Below are positions 28,425 to 38,470 of a stretch of DNA of 64,000 bases, piece after piece. The stretch lies in the NCBI GenBank assembly GCA_947501605.1, contig CANMWZ010000012.1, forward strand, positions 42,795 through 106,794, in the 5' to 3' direction. Position numbers and translations under genes: made by a program. The DNA is from Planctomycetota bacterium. GTDB taxonomy: Bacteria; Planctomycetota; UBA1135; UBA2386. Below the pieces are notes generated by a model, which saw nothing but the letters and a program-made list of their open reading frames with translations, made no database searches and was not told where the DNA came from. Position 1 is the first letter of the stretch; each line of letters begins with the position of its first letter.

Positions 28425-30313
28425 TTGCCCTCCTCGGCGTTGTTCTCCTGGTTGAGCTTGGTCGCAAGCTTGCGCGTGAGATCACGGACCTTCACCTGCT
28501 TGCCCGAAAGCTCGACCGCCTCCGCTCTCCCCTCGTCGGTGTCGCGCATCTCAGCGGGCATACCTTCTTCGTAGTCCTTGGTGCGCTTGTTGACGCGCTC
28601 TTGCAGGTAGCGGACGAGCTTGAGTTCGGCCGAGATCGGCACGAGCTGAGGCTGTCCGTTGCACTGACCGGGCTCACCGCCGCCTTCGCGCTGTTCGATG
28701 GCCTTGCGCAGCGAATTGATCAGCAACTCGAGCGTCTGCTCGACCTCGAACTGACGCTCCTGCACCGGCTTGTCGGTAGCGTTGCCACGGCAGCGCTTCC
28801 CGACCTCGCGCAATTGGTCCTTGAGGTCGGAAACGATCTCGGGGAACACGGCAGTGGTGCCTTCTTCTTCGAGCAACTTCAGCGCATCAGAGGCCTCGAC
28901 CTCGAGGTCCTGCTCGCCGGACGCGACGGCCTGGATGCGCGACTGCAGGGCAGCGGGCAGCCCACCGTCGGCAGTCAGCACCTGGGCGCGTGTCTTGTCG
29001 AGCGTCTTGGTCTGCAGCGATAGTTCGCGCTGCTTGGCCAGCATCGCCGTGAAGCGCTCTTCGAGTGCGCGCAGCACTTCGTCTTGCAGTTGCTGCCGCA
29101 GTTGGTTGATCGCTTCGTCGAGCTCGTCACGGGCCTTCTCGAGGTCTTCCTTGGCGTCCTGCTGCTTCTGTTTCGCCGGCTTGTACTCCTTGAGCTGACC
29201 CGCGGCGGCCTTCTGCTTTGGCACCGCCTGCTGCACCGACTTGCGACCAGGCGTCGGTTGACCGTCCTGGTTCTCGCCATCTTGCTCGGACTTCTCCATC
29301 TTCTGCGCGAGGGTGTCGGTCGCGTGCTGGGTGTCGTCCTGGCGCTTGGCCTGCTGGTCGAACGGCAGCTTCTCGAGTTCGCGGCGTGCCTGATCGGCCA
29401 TCGCTTCGAGCTCTTTGACGGTCGACTTCAGTTGCTCGATCGCCTGATCCTGGTCCTTCAGCGACGGCTCGGCGTACTTCTGGTCGAGCTGCTGTTGTGC
29501 CTTGCTCATCGACTGCGCCGCGCTGCGCGCGCTGTTGCCCGACTTCGACGACGAACTCGGCGATGGCTTCGACGGCTTCGCTTCGCCGTCCTTCGGAGGC
29601 GCCGACTCCGAGGGCATGGCCAGTTCGGCGGCCTTCTTGTCGAGTTGGTCAAGGTTCTTGCCGAGCTCTTCGGTTGCAGCCTTCAGCTCGTTCTCCTTCT
29701 GCGCCAGCGGCTTGGTCGCCTCGCCGACGGCCTGCAGGCCGAGCGCATTGGTCTGCTGGCGCAACTGCTGCTGTTCAGCGAGCAGTTGTTCGGTGGCGGC
29801 CTTGGCTTTTTGCACTGCTTCGAGCTGATCCTGCAAAGCCTGCGTGCGTGCCGATGCATCCTTCTCGGCCGCCTGATCCTTGACCAGCTGGTCGACTTCA
29901 CCGCGATAGCCCTTCAAGCGCTCGAGTTGTTCGAGCAACTTGGCGAGGTCGAGGTTGCGGTTTTGCAGCAGGTCGAGCAGTTGGACGAGATCGGCACGAA
30001 CGGACTGCATGCGCTCGAGCGCGGCGTCCCACTTCTGCTGATCGAGCAGCGTGCGCACCTGGCCCATCGCGTCCTGGATCTTCTTCTCCTGCGCCAGCGT
30101 GAGGCCCGCGCGCACGAGCTTCACGTCGTCCTGGTTGCCGGCCTTCGTGAGGTAGGCGTGCAGGCGCTGCATGCTCTCCGTCAGCTCACGGAAGCGTGCT
30201 TCGGCAGACTGTTGCTGCTGCGCCACGGGCGGCGGGTCTTGCGCGAGCAACGCCTTAGTCGGAGCCGAGGCGAGGCAGATCGCCGCGCATGCCAATGCAA
30301 AGAATCGTCTCAT
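28421..30313 (-). CDS. Exported Gln/Glu-rich long coiled-coil protein (DUF4175-like)
   Basis: Signal peptide, long heptad-rich Q/E/K stretches, LVPISAELKLVRYLQERVNKRT. Confidence 0.75.
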   Translation of the reverse strand: MRRFFALACAAICLASAPTKALLAQDPPPVAQQQQSAEARFRELTESMQRLHAYLTKAGNQDDVKLVRAGLTLAQEKKIQDAMGQVRTLLDQQKWDAALERMQSVRADLVQLLDLLQNRNLDLAKLLEQLERLKGYRGEVDQLVKDQAAEKDASARTQALQDQLEAVQKAKAATEQLLAEQQQLRQQTNALGLQAVGEATKPLAQKENELKAATEELGKNLDQLDKKAAELAMPSESAPPKDGEAKPSKPSPSSSSKSGNSARSAAQSMSKAQQQLDQKYAEPSLKDQDQAIEQLKSTVKELEAMADQARRELEKLPFDQQAKRQDDTQHATDTLAQKMEKSEQDGENQDGQPTPGRKSVQQAVPKQKAAAGQLKEYKPAKQKQQDAKEDLEKARDELDEAINQLRQQLQDEVLRALEERFTAMLAKQRELSLQTKTLDKTRAQVLTADGGLPAALQSRIQAVASGEQDLEVEASDALKLLEEEGTTAVFPEIVSDLKDQLREVGKRCRGNATDKPVQERQFEVEQTLELLINSLRKAIEQREGGGEPGQCNGQPQLVPISAELKLVRYLQERVNKRTKDYEEGMPAEMRDTDEGRAEAVELSGKQVKVRDLTRKLATKLNQENNAEEGK

Positions 30314-30324
30314 GGGTCGTGCTC

Positions 30325-32643
30325 CTACTTGTCCTTGTCCGGCTGTTCACCACCCGATGGCTTGATGGCCTCGGGCTTCGACGGCTGAGCAGGCTTCTGG
30401 AAGATGCTCTCGCCAGCGGCCTTGATCTTGTTTTCGACTTCGCGGATGGCGGAGTCCTCGACTTTTATCACGCCGCGCAGTTGCTCGATGAGGCCCGCGA
30501 GGGTCTCGACCTGCTCCATCACTCGGAGAATCGCTTCGAGGCGCCGCAGGATCTCGGCGTAAGCGTCGACCGCAGCGCCCCTTAACTCCTCATCGCCGGT
30601 GTCGGCGAAAGTCGCAACCGCGTGTGCGCTGTTCGGGAAGGAGGCCTTCCCCAAGTCGAGCAGGGGCACGGCCGTCAGCGCCTCATACTCGCGCACCTTG
30701 CTGGGCTCCCAGATGCGGTTGTTCTCGTACTCCCAGAGGATGCGCTGGTACAGATCCGCGGTGAAGGCCGCGCGGCGACCGAGCGTTTGCTGCCGCGCTG
30801 CCAGTTGTTTGAACTGCAATCGCGCCTGCGCGGCTCGGGAGTCGTTGGCCTTCGGACTCAGGGTTTCGCGCAGCGCCAACAACGCTGCCGACTCTTCGTC
30901 GCGCACCTTCTCCAGCTCCATCCGCTGTTCGACCTGACGACGACGCAGTTCGTCGACAAGCTTCTCGCGCGTGACGACGCGAAACGCAAAGGCCTCGCCC
31001 TTGCTCGTATGCGGCTCGCCAGGACCGAAGTTGTCGGTCGCGCAGAAGCGCAGCGACAGCAACATGCCAGGCCGTACCTCGTTGCTCGGATCCTCTTCCG
31101 TCTGCGGCTTCGGGTTGCGCTGCATCACATCGAGGATGCCCGTGGTGTCGTAGCGGACGCTGCCCGGTTCGAGCGCGTCGGCGAGGGCCATCTCCATCGG
31201 CACGAACGGGAGCTCCAGGGGCGGCGCAACTGCGGACTGTTCGGTCGCAGTCGGCGCCTTCGCTTCCGGCGCGTCGATGACGGCGCGGAACTCGGCTGCG
31301 ACCTTGGTCACGCCGAAGTCGTCCTTGCACTTCAGCTCGCCCGGGATGCGCACCTGAGCAGTGACCAACGGGCCGATGCCGCGCAGCTTGAACTCCACGC
31401 TCGGAGCCTTGTCCTCGACCATGCGCACGAACAGCTTTGGTGGAGTTGCGGCGCCAAGTTGATCGGTGTCGATCACATCGATCGTCAAGAGACCACCGGC
31501 CTCGGGGGCTACGGCGCCCGAGAAGACCATCGCGTCGGCATCGAGCTCCAGCGGCAGCTTCGTGTCGGCCAGCAACGCAAACGCGGACGCCAGCTTCTTG
31601 TGACTGGTGCCACGCAGGCGCAGCTGGCTGCCGCGGACGATGCGGAGTTCGCCCTCCGTCGGCGGCACGTCCTCCGGCTCCTTCTGCATGTATGACGGGA
31701 AGACGATCTGCAGCGTGACATTCTCGATGCGCGGGCGAGCGACGATCTCGATGCGCAGCGGCGTCGAGATCCCGTCGCCTCCTTCGGCGACGATCGTCGC
31801 GTTTTCGAGCAGCGTCTCCATCGTCAGCGTGAACTCGCCGTCACCGGTGCGACTCATCGGCTCGTACGCGGTATCGCCGTTCGCAAACGTACTGCGCAAG
31901 TGCACCTGCTCCGGCAGTTCGCCCGCGGCGCGCACGATGATGGTCAGCGGGTCGCCCTGCGGCAGTCGCCTCACACCCTCGCCGACGTCGGCGAAGTGCA
32001 GTTGCGTGTAGCGCGGCCACTCGACGCTCGACAGCATCAGATTGCGCTGCGCCCAGAGCTGCAGCGCCGCGCCCGAGGCAAGGCCCCAGACGACGAATAC
32101 GAGCCCGATACCGACGAGGGCCGAAGTCGCACGCCGCATGCGGCCTGCATCCAGCGCCTCCGCGAACGGCATAGCCGCGACGCGGGCCTCGACGTCGACC
32201 ACGACGGCGCGCATCAGCTCCCGCGACTCGGTTACGCGGCGCTCACCGCTCAGCGACCGCTCGAACTGCATCGAGCTGATGAGCGACTGTCGCAGGCCGG
32301 GTGTCTGGCGTTCGACGGCCAGTGCCAGATCGTCGTCCCCGAGTTGCACCCGCAGTGGCACGACGAGGCGCTGCCACACCGTCCGCGCCACGAGCACGAG
32401 GAACACGCACAACAGGACAGCGCGGACCGGCGTCTCGAGCCGCAAGGTGCGATCGGCAGCAAACGTCAGCGCCGCGTAGACGAGGAGTGCTGCGACGACG
32501 TAGGCCGACGACTCGGTCCACACCGCCACTCGAATCTTGGCCCGCAGCAACGCGAAGCGGAAAGCAGCAACGCGCAGCACCGAACTGGCCGGGCCGGGGC
32601 CTTCGTGCTCGCGTGGCACCAGCGGCGGAGGGGCGGCGGTCAT
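30325..32643 (-). CDS. Membrane-anchored Ig-like + coiled-coil protein (DUF4175-like)
   Basis: ATG 32643 in ATGA overlap; about 3 N-terminal TMs, WPRYT, PSYM, DKAPSV, DDFGV, ATDN, helical C-terminus. Confidence 0.75.
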   Translation of the reverse strand: MTAAPPPLVPREHEGPGPASSVLRVAAFRFALLRAKIRVAVWTESSAYVVAALLVYAALTFAADRTLRLETPVRAVLLCVFLVLVARTVWQRLVVPLRVQLGDDDLALAVERQTPGLRQSLISSMQFERSLSGERRVTESRELMRAVVVDVEARVAAMPFAEALDAGRMRRATSALVGIGLVFVVWGLASGAALQLWAQRNLMLSSVEWPRYTQLHFADVGEGVRRLPQGDPLTIIVRAAGELPEQVHLRSTFANGDTAYEPMSRTGDGEFTLTMETLLENATIVAEGGDGISTPLRIEIVARPRIENVTLQIVFPSYMQKEPEDVPPTEGELRIVRGSQLRLRGTSHKKLASAFALLADTKLPLELDADAMVFSGAVAPEAGGLLTIDVIDTDQLGAATPPKLFVRMVEDKAPSVEFKLRGIGPLVTAQVRIPGELKCKDDFGVTKVAAEFRAVIDAPEAKAPTATEQSAVAPPLELPFVPMEMALADALEPGSVRYDTTGILDVMQRNPKPQTEEDPSNEVRPGMLLSLRFCATDNFGPGEPHTSKGEAFAFRVVTREKLVDELRRRQVEQRMELEKVRDEESAALLALRETLSPKANDSRAAQARLQFKQLAARQQTLGRRAAFTADLYQRILWEYENNRIWEPSKVREYEALTAVPLLDLGKASFPNSAHAVATFADTGDEELRGAAVDAYAEILRRLEAILRVMEQVETLAGLIEQLRGVIKVEDSAIREVENKIKAAGESIFQKPAQPSKPEAIKPSGGEQPDKDK

Positions 32644-35150
32644 AGGAGGTTGAACCTCTTGCGCAGTAGCCACTCGAGCGAAAGCGCGATCAGCAAGATC
32701 GCGACGGTGATCCAGCCGTCCCAGATCGCGTGCGGCGTGCGGTAGGTGTCCGTGGCGCTGCGCGAGGGGATCTCGCCGAGCGCGGCGAACAGAGCCGCTG
32801 GGGTATCGAACAACCGACCGCCATTGGCGGCTGCGATCGCAGCAAGTTCGGATCGATCCACCGGACCCTCGCTCTCGATCTGGGCGGGGACCACCTGGAA
32901 CGGCACTTCCACACTCTTGCCGCCCGCCGCCAGCGTTCGCAGCCGGTAGACACCGAGTTGGTCGGGTCGCAGCTGCAACTGGTAGGAACCGGGCACCTCG
33001 GCGACCGGCTCGAGCTTCAGCGGTTCGAGTTCTTTGCCCTCGCGTTCGAGCAGCAGCTCATACGTCGGCGACACCAGCGGCTGCATCTGTTCGTCCTTGG
33101 CGTCGACGGTGATCGTCAGCGCGTCGCCGAGCTCGACCTTCTCGTCGCTGATGCGCAGCTGGAGGCGGCTGTTGCCGGCGTGAATGCGGCCGTCGAACAA
33201 GAAGCGGATGCCCTTGACCCACAGACGGTCGTAGGCGTCCTCGAACAACGAACGCCACCGATAGGTCTCGTCGATGCCGCTGAAGATCACGCGCCCTGCT
33301 CCCACGAAGTGCGAAGCCACGAGCGGCATGCCGCGGCCATCGCGCTTCAGGCGAGGATCGCAGTTCTCGTGCACCACGAGCACGGTTGCGGCGGGCTTGA
33401 GTTGCTTGACCGGGAACGCCAGGTGGAAGCCCGGGAGCCGCGACCACATCAAGCGACACTGCTCGCGAGACTCGGTGATCCGCGTGATCTTGCTGGCGAC
33501 GCCGTCCTCGCCCTCGGGAGTCAGCGTGTAGGGATAGAGCCTCGTATGCGCGAGCCCAAGACCGAGGTTGGCGACACTCTCGGCGTAGACGAGATCAGGA
33601 ACGATCGGCAGCAGATCGACGAGCGACTTGGTCGGAGAGGTCTCTTTGAACGAGTCGATGGCGAACTTCTCGCCAGCGATCCACCACAAGCCGCAGCCAT
33701 TCTCGAGCACGTGCTTGCGCAGCAACTCGCAGAATGACGGTGTCAGCTTGCTGGCGTCCGGATCGATGGCGATGACCACGTCGAACGGGTCGAGCTGCTT
33801 CTCGTCGACTGGCAATGCGTCAAGACGCACCCCTTCGTCACCGTCTTGAGGAAAGTTCGGATCAGCGCTCTGCAGCCAGCAGCTGACATCGATCGTCTTG
33901 TCGCGAATCAGCAAGTTGCGCAGGATCTGGAACTCGTGGTTCGAACCGCCCGCAAGCAACAGCACGCGCGCTCGTTCGCCCAACACTTCGACCGGCAGGT
34001 TCTTCTGATGCCGCTCGGGGGCGGGCGGTTCGCCGCTCGGCGGTTCGATCACGGCGCGGTAGACAAAGCGTCCAATCTCCACCGAAGTGATGTCCTTCCA
34101 CTCGACGACGGCTTCGCTGACGGCGCCGCCCACTTCGAGTTGCTGCGTGCGCACCACCGACTCAACGCCCTCGGCGTCGGTGCGCAGCAGGCGGATGGTC
34201 ATCGGCATGGCGTCGTAGCCCTGCGCGACAACGGTGGCGCGGACTTCAAACGGGTCCTTCTGAAACACCTTCTCTGGCGCCTCGAAGTGGCCGATTGCAA
34301 CCGTCTGCGTCGCCGACGAATCGCCGATGCCGAGCACGAAGGTGTGCGGCACCTTGCGCTGATTGAGCATGCGCGCAATCTCGGCGGCCTGCGGGCCCGC
34401 GTTGCGCCGGCCGTCACCCAGAATCACGACTGCGGCGATCTCCGAGTTGCGGCTCTTGTCGAGCGCCGAACGCAGGGATCCACCAAGGTTGGAGTAGCGG
34501 CCCTTGGCGGCGATCGCGGCAACATCGAGGCGCGGCGGCGAAAGCCTGCCTTGGTCGTCGCGCGGCGCCGCAGTACTCGAGCTCGAGGCGCCATTGGCCG
34601 GCGCCAGCAAGGGCAACGCATCGATCCCCGACGAATAGCCGTAGAGCATCACGTCGTTCTTGGCCGCAAGTGCGCGGGTGAGCGCGCCGTCATCGTGCGC
34701 CAGCAGCGCCTTGAGCAACTCGATACGCGGCACCGATGCGGGCTCAGCGATCCCGATGCTGCGCCAACCGTCAGCCAGCGCCCGGACTTCGTCGCGGCGG
34801 TAGGGATCGAGCTGTTGCATCGACTGGCTGGTGTCGGCCAGCAGGATTGTGGTGCCGGGGCGCGTGTCGTGCTTCACCGCCACGAGATTTGGCTCCAGCA
34901 ACAGCAGCGCGGCCGCGAGCACCGCGAGTCCGCGAAGGCTCACCAGCATCAGGCGTTGCCGCGAGGTCAGGTTCTTGCCATCGCGCCGGTAGACGAAGCT
35001 GACAAACAGCACCAGCAGCAACAGCAACAACAGCACGGCGAGGCCGAGGCCACCGCCGGGGAAGCTGGCGAACTCAAACTGCATCTCGACACCATCGGTG
35101 GCGATGCCTTGGAGGTTGGCGATCCAGCGGAGCAGTTCCTGCATGGTCAT
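32640..35150 (-). CDS. Membrane-anchored vWA protein with GATase-like domain
   Basis: Start reassigned to 35150; N-terminal TMs, MIDAS DTSQS and ILGDG, GAGRV....DETYRWR, C-terminal TM EWLLRK. Confidence 0.8.
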   Translation of the reverse strand: MTMQELLRWIANLQGIATDGVEMQFEFASFPGGGLGLAVLLLLLLLVLFVSFVYRRDGKNLTSRQRLMLVSLRGLAVLAAALLLLEPNLVAVKHDTRPGTTILLADTSQSMQQLDPYRRDEVRALADGWRSIGIAEPASVPRIELLKALLAHDDGALTRALAAKNDVMLYGYSSGIDALPLLAPANGASSSSTAAPRDDQGRLSPPRLDVAAIAAKGRYSNLGGSLRSALDKSRNSEIAAVVILGDGRRNAGPQAAEIARMLNQRKVPHTFVLGIGDSSATQTVAIGHFEAPEKVFQKDPFEVRATVVAQGYDAMPMTIRLLRTDAEGVESVVRTQQLEVGGAVSEAVVEWKDITSVEIGRFVYRAVIEPPSGEPPAPERHQKNLPVEVLGERARVLLLAGGSNHEFQILRNLLIRDKTIDVSCWLQSADPNFPQDGDEGVRLDALPVDEKQLDPFDVVIAIDPDASKLTPSFCELLRKHVLENGCGLWWIAGEKFAIDSFKETSPTKSLVDLLPIVPDLVYAESVANLGLGLAHTRLYPYTLTPEGEDGVASKITRITESREQCRLMWSRLPGFHLAFPVKQLKPAATVLVVHENCDPRLKRDGRGMPLVASHFVGAGRVIFSGIDETYRWRSLFEDAYDRLWVKGIRFLFDGRIHAGNSRLQLRISDEKVELGDALTITVDAKDEQMQPLVSPTYELLLEREGKELEPLKLEPVAEVPGSYQLQLRPDQLGVYRLRTLAAGGKSVEVPFQVVPAQIESEGPVDRSELAAIAAANGGRLFDTPAALFAALGEIPSRSATDTYRTPHAIWDGWITVAILLIALSLEWLLRKRFNLL

Positions 35151-35160
35151 CTCGGGCCGC

Positions 35161-37407
35161 TCAGCGGCGTCCGAACCTCCAGGCCAGAAGGGTCTCGAGC
35201 AGCAGCGCGAGCAACATGCCAAACCCGAGCAGGCGCCACAATTCGCCCTCGCTGCCACCACTCCCGAGGCCCGCGCTCTCGTCGCGGAACGTCACTCGAT
35301 CGTGTATCTCGGGCGGGAACACCCGCGTGAAGTCCGCAGTCGCAAGGCGCACGAGGCGGCTCTCGAAGATGTCGGGATTGCGGGCAAACACGCGCGTCTC
35401 GACCGTGCCGGAGTGCAGTCTGAGTTGGACGTCGTAGCAGCCGAGCGACGTGAGTTCGGCCATCGGCAGCGCCAGCTCCAGTGCGCGCGGGACGGACTCG
35501 GCGGTCGTCGTCGGGCTCGTGGCCGGCGAAGCGACTTCGGGCAGCGTTGCCGTCAGCGTCCGCTCGTCACCATCTTCGGCCAACGCCCGTACGACGACGT
35601 CGGCTTCGTAACTGCCCGGATCGAGTTGCAGGCGGTAGATGCCATCGGGCTGCAGGTTCCGGCTCGCGAGTTCACGGGGGCGGCTGGCAAAGCGGTGCAC
35701 CTGGTGCGCCATCACCACATTGGCGTCGGTGTCCGGCCAATTGGACCAGTGCTTGTCGGCCGAGAACGCGAACAGCACGACTTCACCGCCGCCGCTGCCG
35801 AACGTGCGGGTGACGATTGCCGGCGGGCCGTCCGCATCGCGCATGCGCGCGAGAACCGCGGCGTTGGCACTCCGCTCCTCGACGATCGTGAGGTAGCGCT
35901 TGGCCAGCACGGCATTGTCGATCAACAACTGCAAGACATCGCCGATCTTGCCGCAAACAGGATGGCTCTGATCGGTCAAGACGACGTGTTCGCGTCGATC
36001 CGGGTCGCCGGCGATGTCGCCGAGCGGCAGCGGCAAGAGGCCCTGCCCGCCACGCCACATCGCGTCCGTGTAGCGAACCGGGTCGACCTGCGCACCGACG
36101 AAGATCGCGATGCCGCCACCAGCGGCCGCGAACCGTTCCAACTTCTCGACCGTGCTGCGCGGCGGCACCGGCACGTTGCACAGCCAGATCATGTCGAACG
36201 GAGCGAGGTCGAGTTCGGCGAGCGAACTCTCGGCGACGACCTCGGCCGCGATCCCCGACGGTTGATCGCTGCCCGGGTCGAGCGCGACCTGCAAGAACAG
36301 CGTTTCGCCGCCTTCGCCGTCCTCGGGCTCCCCATCCACGAGCAACACGCGCGAACTCGGCAGCACCGGCAACGCGAGCGCACGGCGGTCATCGACCAGG
36401 TAGTGGTCGACCGCGACGAAGGACGCCTCGACCCGATGATCGCCCGGCTGGTGAAACGTGTGCACCACTGCGACCGAGACGCGTTCACCGGGCGCGAGCG
36501 GCGGCAACGGGCGCGCAACGCGGGTCTTGCCGTCGACCTCGATCGCGAGCTCACCGGCTGCCGTGGCATCGAGACCGAGGTTCTGCACATCGATCGCGAG
36601 TTCGACCGGTACGCCCGCCGTCGCCAGACGATCGACGCACCGGACCGCGACGATCGCGAGGTTGTCGGCGTCGCGCGAACCGACACCCGTGGCGTGCAGG
36701 TGTTCGTTCTGCGGATCGAAGGCTGCAATCGTCTGCAGCAACTTGCCGCGTGGCTTGTCGTCGTCGCCGATCCAGTCGATCGCCCGGAGGTCACCGACGA
36801 GGTAGTAGTCGTTACGACTGGCCTCCTTCATCGCCGTCGCGCGGGCGCGGGCATCGTGGAGGACGCTGCCAAAGTCTGCCGTGCCGTCGCCTACCCGCAT
36901 CTCCGCCAGCACTGCCCCGACCCGGCGTTCGAGATCTTCGCCAACTCGCTGCGCCCACAAGTCAGGCTGCGCTGGTCGGCTCGCCCGCAGGATCGACAAC
37001 AGGTCCCCACTGCGCGAGTCGGCGAGGGCTGTCACGAGCTGTCTGACCTGGTCCTGCGCCTTGTCCCAGAGCGCAACACTGCCACTCCGCTGGCGCATCG
37101 AGGCGGTGTCGTCGAGCACGACGACGTGGTGCGTGACCGTCGAAACGAGACCACCGCCACCGAGTTGGGGCCGCGACACCAGCATCACCAACAGCAGCAC
37201 CGCCAGTGTTCGCAGCAACAGCACGAGCCATTGCTCCATGCGCAAGCGCTTGCGGTTGCGCTCGAGAGCCTTGAGCAAGTACTCCATCGCAGCCCACGAC
37301 ACCTGCTGGAACCGTCGGCGATTCAGCAGATGGATGAGGATAGGCACTGCCGCGAGTGGCACCGCCCAGAGCAGCATCGGGTTGAGGAATGAGAACGCGA
37401 AGATCAC
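35161..37407 (-). CDS. BatA N-terminal domain + vWA + CARDB/GATase-like membrane protein
   Basis: FLNPMLLW...PILIHLLNRRR...WAAMEYL (BatA double-TM), VLDDTASM, WSNWP, C-terminal TM ELWR...LLET. Confidence 0.88.
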   Translation of the reverse strand: MIFAFSFLNPMLLWAVPLAAVPILIHLLNRRRFQQVSWAAMEYLLKALERNRKRLRMEQWLVLLLRTLAVLLLVMLVSRPQLGGGGLVSTVTHHVVVLDDTASMRQRSGSVALWDKAQDQVRQLVTALADSRSGDLLSILRASRPAQPDLWAQRVGEDLERRVGAVLAEMRVGDGTADFGSVLHDARARATAMKEASRNDYYLVGDLRAIDWIGDDDKPRGKLLQTIAAFDPQNEHLHATGVGSRDADNLAIVAVRCVDRLATAGVPVELAIDVQNLGLDATAAGELAIEVDGKTRVARPLPPLAPGERVSVAVVHTFHQPGDHRVEASFVAVDHYLVDDRRALALPVLPSSRVLLVDGEPEDGEGGETLFLQVALDPGSDQPSGIAAEVVAESSLAELDLAPFDMIWLCNVPVPPRSTVEKLERFAAAGGGIAIFVGAQVDPVRYTDAMWRGGQGLLPLPLGDIAGDPDRREHVVLTDQSHPVCGKIGDVLQLLIDNAVLAKRYLTIVEERSANAAVLARMRDADGPPAIVTRTFGSGGGEVVLFAFSADKHWSNWPDTDANVVMAHQVHRFASRPRELASRNLQPDGIYRLQLDPGSYEADVVVRALAEDGDERTLTATLPEVASPATSPTTTAESVPRALELALPMAELTSLGCYDVQLRLHSGTVETRVFARNPDIFESRLVRLATADFTRVFPPEIHDRVTFRDESAGLGSGGSEGELWRLLGFGMLLALLLETLLAWRFGRR

Positions 37408-37417
37408 TGGCGCCGAC

Positions 37418-38470
37418 TCAACGTTGGTAGATGGGGACGAGAGCGAACGGCAACTGCAGGATCGTCAGCGCGATGGCGGTGCCGAAGACCGGACCGCAAC
37501 CATCGCTCTCCCACGAACCATCCTTGCGCTGCAAGCGCACGAGATAGGGTCCGATCTTGGCGAGGTAGTCGTCCCAGTCCTTACCGCCGCGCTGGTACAG
37601 CGCCTGCGAGAAATAGAGCTGCGTGTAGAAGTGATGGCCCGTCGTGTCGGACGTCGGATTGACGTTGCGCATGACGTACTTCATCGCCTTGTCGACGAAC
37701 GGCTGATCGTCGTAGAAGCCGGCGTTGTAGAGCACGGCGACGCCGGCAGCGCTGATGGCGGGCCGGCTGGAGCCGCGCGATCCGAGGCTGTAGCTGATGC
37801 CGCCGTCCGCGTTCTGGCACTTCTTGATGTAATCGACGGCACGATCGATCGTCTTCTTGTCGACGACGATGCCGTCCATCCGACAGGCGCGCAGCGCTTG
37901 CACTTGCGTGACCGTCACGCTGCCTTCGTCACCACCTGAGTCGGGCGTGTAGATCCAACCGCCGGCGCTCGACTGCGCGCGCTCCACCAGCTTCACCGCC
38001 CGCGTCAGCACGCCCTGAAGTCTCTGTTGGCGCTGCGCGTCCTCTTCCATGCCATAGACCGACGCGAGATACAGCAACGCGAAGCCGTGCCCGTACATGT
38101 TCCGGTTCTCGGTCGACATGTCGGTGATGACGCCAGTCTGCGGATCGGCCTGCTTCATCAAGAACTCCATCGACTGGCGCACTTCGCGCCAATGCACGCC
38201 GCGGGTGGGCGTCGATCCCGATGCGACCAGAGCCATGCCAGCAAGGCCGGTCATCGCGGTGGGATACGTGCCGTGACCACCAGCGTTGCGCCACGAGCCA
38301 TCGGTCGACTGGTTGCGTTTCAAGTACTGCAGCCCGCTCTGGATCGAAGTGTACATCTCGCGCGAGATGCCGCGCGGCAGCAGCTCTGGGACCGCTTGTG
38401 CCCTAGCAGTTGCGCCGAAGAGCAGGATCGTGGCGAGAGCAGACACAGCGAGTGCATGTGGCGTCGTCAT
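37418..38470 (-). CDS. Exported prenyltransferase/squalene-oxidase repeat (alpha-alpha toroid) protein
   Basis: ATG 38470 in ATGA overlap; QW-like repeats QSTDGSW, QSSAGGW, QNADGG, QRKDGSW; MYGHGFA; LPIYQR-like end. Confidence 0.88.
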   Translation of the reverse strand: MTTPHALAVSALATILLFGATARAQAVPELLPRGISREMYTSIQSGLQYLKRNQSTDGSWRNAGGHGTYPTAMTGLAGMALVASGSTPTRGVHWREVRQSMEFLMKQADPQTGVITDMSTENRNMYGHGFALLYLASVYGMEEDAQRQQRLQGVLTRAVKLVERAQSSAGGWIYTPDSGGDEGSVTVTQVQALRACRMDGIVVDKKTIDRAVDYIKKCQNADGGISYSLGSRGSSRPAISAAGVAVLYNAGFYDDQPFVDKAMKYVMRNVNPTSDTTGHHFYTQLYFSQALYQRGGKDWDDYLAKIGPYLVRLQRKDGSWESDGCGPVFGTAIALTILQLPFALVPIYQR

